Source: Candidatus Gastranaerophilaceae bacterium
Lineage (GTDB): Bacteria; Cyanobacteriota; Vampirovibrionia; Gastranaerophilales; Gastranaerophilaceae
Direction of reading: 5' to 3'
Assembly (NCBI GenBank): GCA_051888595.1
Contig: JBJFBU010000004.1
Location: forward strand, 1 to 30,577
Length of the DNA: 30,577 nt
Below the pieces are notes generated by a model. It ran no database searches, had not been told where the DNA came from, and was given only the letters and a program-made list of their open reading frames with translations. This document shows, one piece after another, positions 27,558 to 30,577 of the stretch (within the stretch, counting starts at the first letter, position 1; each line of letters starts with the position of its first letter). The position numbers were made by a program, and so were the translations under genes.

Positions 27558-28014
27558 TTAACAATCTTCCTTCCAATTCATTATATAATGAAAAATATTT
27601 ATTTTTAATATCGTCTAAATTAATTTCGCTATTATTTAAACTATCTAATTCAAATCCAATATCAATTACATTATTTCTGATATCATATAAACTTTTAGTG
27701 ATATTATTAAATTTTTGCCTTTCTTTTGTTTTAGAATTTGCCTGTCTTATAATATCATCGTCTGGTTTATTTATAAATAATCCTGTAGAAATTTCAAAAT
27801 CAGAGTTATTAATAGGATTATATTCGATATATGAAGTAGGGAATAAAAGTAATTTATCGCTATTTTGATTTATTAAATATACATATTTTTTATTAATATA
27901 AGCAACTTTACGTTTTTCGCAACAATATTCTTCTTTTTTGTTTTTATATATATGATATACAAATTTAATTCTATTTATAACTTCTGGATTTTCAAAATCT
28001 ATTTTATTATTCAT
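27538..28014 (-). CDS. Hypothetical protein
   Basis: 158-aa ORF overlapping both neighbours in a coupled operon. Confidence 0.65.
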   Translation of the reverse strand: MNNKIDFENPEVINRIKFVYHIYKNKKEEYCCEKRKVAYINKKYVYLINQNSDKLLLFPTSYIEYNPINNSDFEISTGLFINKPDDDIIRQANSKTKERQKFNNITKSLYDIRNNVIDIGFELDSLNNSEINLDDIKNKYFSLYNELEGRLLNDISNR

Positions 28015-28313
28015 ATTCCTTTCTCCTTGTATTTAGTTCTGTCAGAAAGTTTTTTATTTTTGTCATAATCTCTGATATCACAACAGTTACTATATTTGCA
28101 TTTTGGATTATCGTTATTTAAGTTAAAAAAAATACAATTTTTACACGAAACATTTTTATTTTCTATAGCTTCAAAACCAATAAGTTTACCTTTCTTATAT
28201 TTCATCGAAGTTATCCAATATTCTTTGTTATTGATATATACTACGGCTTCATCATGTGCCGTGGTCTTCATCGGTTGAACACCGATTTTTTTATATATAT
28301 TTAGAAATTTCAT
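28011..28313 (-). CDS. Hypothetical protein with a Cys cluster (CKNC..CKYSNCC)
   Basis: ATGA-type overlaps with neighbours. Confidence 0.6.
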   Translation of the reverse strand: MKFLNIYKKIGVQPMKTTAHDEAVVYINNKEYWITSMKYKKGKLIGFEAIENKNVSCKNCIFFNLNNDNPKCKYSNCCDIRDYDKNKKLSDRTKYKEKGI

Positions 28314-28501
28314 AAACTTACCCCATTTATCTTATTTAATATGTCATTTATGCAATTTATCCATTCTTTTATGTAATAATCCATAGTTTTAAATTCCCCA
28401 TCAAAATAAGGACACATAAAACACTTTTTTGTATTATAACATTTTTCATTACTTTGTTTTTGTAAGCAATATAAATTTTTTAACACATCTTTCAGTGTCA
28501 T
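28310..28501 (-). CDS. Small Cys-rich hypothetical protein (start likely ATG 28501)
   Basis: RBS gagagg 8 nt upstream. KCYNTKKCFMCPYF. Confidence 0.6.
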   Translation of the reverse strand: MTLKDVLKNLYCLQKQSNEKCYNTKKCFMCPYFDGEFKTMDYYIKEWINCINDILNKINGVSL

Positions 28502-28596
28502 ACAATACACCTCTCGCTTCGTATACGCTGCTGTGAGCGTTTTTTTATTACATTCGACTTATTAATCATATAAAAATTTAAACTCTAATATTAGCT

Positions 28597-29088
28597 TTAA
28601 AATAATGAATTAGATGTTTGGATTTGTTCATATGATTTGCAATCAAATATAACGTCTTTTATGTAATCTTTTTGTTTTAAAACATTTCTGACTGCTTCGT
28701 TGTAGTAATTTCTTACCTTACCTGTTTTTGTATACGAAATATTCGCATAACCACCAAACCACTTACCTTTATATGTAGCACAGAACCCACATAATACTAC
28801 AATGTGTTTAGGATATAAATTTGGATTCTTTTTAACATCCGTATAAAAATCTTTTGTCATGACTATGTCGTTTAACGGATTCCATCCATTTTGTATTTGT
28901 TTCCAGAATTCTATTAAATACTCATTATTGTCATATCCAAATTTATTATCACAAACTATGTGTTGAATTAAATTGCCCCCCCCAACAAAAGGCTCTATAT
29001 AAGTAGAGATTTGTTGTTCTTGTATTATATTGTTAATAATACTGCTTATATCTTTTGCAACTCTGCTTTTACTTTCAACATATTTCAT
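28597..29088 (-). pseudogene. Truncated Dam-family (D12-class) adenine methyltransferase: N-terminal part only
   Basis: MKYVESKSR (usual G replaced by E) and YIEPFVGGGN (motif I). The frame stops at SNSLF*, exactly where xYCDPPY should follow. No DPPY codons in the downstream 86 nt. Confidence 0.75.
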
Positions 29089-29097
29089 ATTTACACC

Positions 29098-29922
29098 TTA
29101 TTTCAAATACAAACTTTCGTAAACAATACTGTCTTTGGATTTACCGATAGTTCTTTTAAAACTGCTATTACCGCTTAATAAATATTCATGCTTTGTATAT
29201 ATATCTTTTGGAACATCATATGTATTATTTTCTTTTCCGCTAATACCATCAAAAGATAGTGCATATTTACAAGACAGGCTTCTTAACCAATCCCATAACT
29301 TTTCATAATCAATTGTGCCATAATACATACCTTTTGTATTTGCGTAAGGTGGGTCGCAATATACAAAATCGTCATCTTTCGGCTTGATTTTTTCATAAGA
29401 ACAAGTTATAAACTTAACATTATTCTTATTTAATAAATTGCTCCATTCGTAAATAATTTTTTCTAAAGCAACAGGGGTAATACCATTTCTTGTTATATGG
29501 AATGAATTATTAAACTCTTCATTACGATTATATCTTGGCATACCATTAGTCGTGGTTCTCATAATAAACATGAAATCTAATGGATTATGATTTTTATTAT
29601 ACCTTTCTCTAACCGTATTAAAATATTCTTTCTTGCGTTGTTTATTGTTATCTGCATTTAATTCGTTCCATAATTTCTTATAATGTGAAGAAACTTATTC
29701 AGGATGACTAATAATCTCGTTCCATAAATCAATTAATCCTTTGTTTATATCACTACAAATATAATGGTTTACTTTTATGTTACTGCTCAATAATCTTCTG
29801 AGGACTGACGCTCCCCCACAAAACGGTTCATAATATGTATCAATTTCTTTTGGGAAATATGTCAATATGTTTTCTGCCTGACTTCTTTTACTTCCACTCC
29901 ATTTAATTACTGGTTCAAACAT
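29098..29922 (-). pseudogene. Dam-family adenine methyltransferase interrupted by a single in-frame TAA (29697-29695)
   Basis: IKWSGSKR..YYEPFCGGASV then HPE*VSSHYKKLWNEL...YFNTVRERYN..PLDFMFIMR continues in the same frame to VYCDPPY. Joins track ORFs 29695..29961 and 29098..29571. Confidence 0.85.
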
Positions 29923-29977
29923 TTTTCCACCCAGAGCAATTAGTATGCTTACACCTTTCATACTTATACTTTTTTTA

Positions 29978-30577
29978 TTAATAATTAGTTATTAATATTT
30001 CTTTATCTTCTTCTTTATTATTTTTATGATAATTACAATTATTATAATTTATATTTAAAATATGTAGATTATATTTGTCTTTCCAAGAATCTAAAACAGG
30101 ATTTTTGTATTTTAGATTGTTTGAAAGAGCAAATTTAATACCCTTTTCATTAAAACCATCTAAAATGTTTAATAAATCTATTTCGTCTTTTTCGTTCCAT
30201 CCATTTTGTTCGTTATAAGTTGCTGTACTGTTATAGTACGGAGGGTCACAATAAACAAAATCACTATCTGTTAAAATTTGATATGGAAAACATCTAAAGT
30301 CAAAGTTTGTGAAATCACATTCTAATCTTTGCAAGCTTTCAACAAATAATATAAATCTTTTTCTTAACATCGGATTAAAGGAACTTCTATTTTTACCAAA
30401 AGGCATATTATATTTTCCTTCATGATTAAATCTTATCTGATTATTAAAGGCATAACATAATAATATATAAAAAACCATAGGATTTGAATTTTGATTATTA
30501 TAATAATCTCTTAAATTATTATAACCATCTTGATTCTCTTTGGATAACTTAAATCTATAAATAATATTGTCTGCTTC
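29978..30577 (-). CDS. T4-Dam-like adenine methyltransferase, 5'-truncated by the window edge
   Basis: Frame is open to the window end (EADNIIYRFKLSKENQDGYNNLRDYYN..PMVFYILL..AFNNQIRFN..G.YNMPFG). FVYCDPPY, FALSN and KEILITNY motifs. Confidence 0.85.
   Translation of the reverse strand, partial: EADNIIYRFKLSKENQDGYNNLRDYYNNQNSNPMVFYILLCYAFNNQIRFNHEGKYNMPFGKNRSSFNPMLRKRFILFVESLQRLECDFTNFDFRCFPYQILTDSDFVYCDPPYYNSTATYNEQNGWNEKDEIDLLNILDGFNEKGIKFALSNNLKYKNPVLDSWKDKYNLHILNINYNNCNYHKNNKEEDKEILITNY

Larger units (their letters stand above)
1..30577. mobile_element. Large tailed phage/prophage segment (siphovirus-type morphogenesis and lysis module plus convergent accessory block); neither end is in the window
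   Basis: Continuous co-oriented run of tail tube, tape measure, tail tip, holin and lysin genes. No sheath gene recognised. No host housekeeping genes. Confidence 0.95.

Noticed and set aside
29695-29697. Stop-codon reassignment as an explanation for the in-frame stop in the methylase
   Set aside because: The stop is TAA, and TAA, TAG and TGA all end well-coupled genes in this window, so the standard code applies.

Overview
The whole window is a segment of a large, AT-rich tailed-phage (or prophage) genome, probably from a Clostridia/Bacillota host, with a gene order recalling SPbeta-like siphoviruses. The + strand (1-26104) is a late operon: a group I intron with a homing endonuclease that splits a probable head-tail connector gene, neck and tail-completion genes, the major tail tube, an inserted GT2-TPR protein glycosyltransferase, a RusA-like resolvase plus tyrosine recombinase, a 2562-aa tape measure, tail tip/baseplate and fibre genes, and a lysis cassette (holin, NlpC/P60 endolysin, papain-like C1A protease with a copper-amine-oxidase-N-type domain). 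The - strand (26106-30577) is the end of a convergent accessory block: three tandem Dam-family adenine methyltransferase genes (two broken), small hypotheticals, a metallophosphoesterase and a membrane protein. The best leads are (i) a flagellin-type protein glycosyltransferase next to the tail tube gene (candidate virion glycosylation), (ii) a cysteine protease in the lysis cassette (candidate S-layer/envelope-protein cutter), (iii) the unannotated intron and spliced exon, and (iv) apparent total absence of GATC alongside decaying Dam-family genes. All family calls are motif recognition by eye. No database search, folding or counting program was run.
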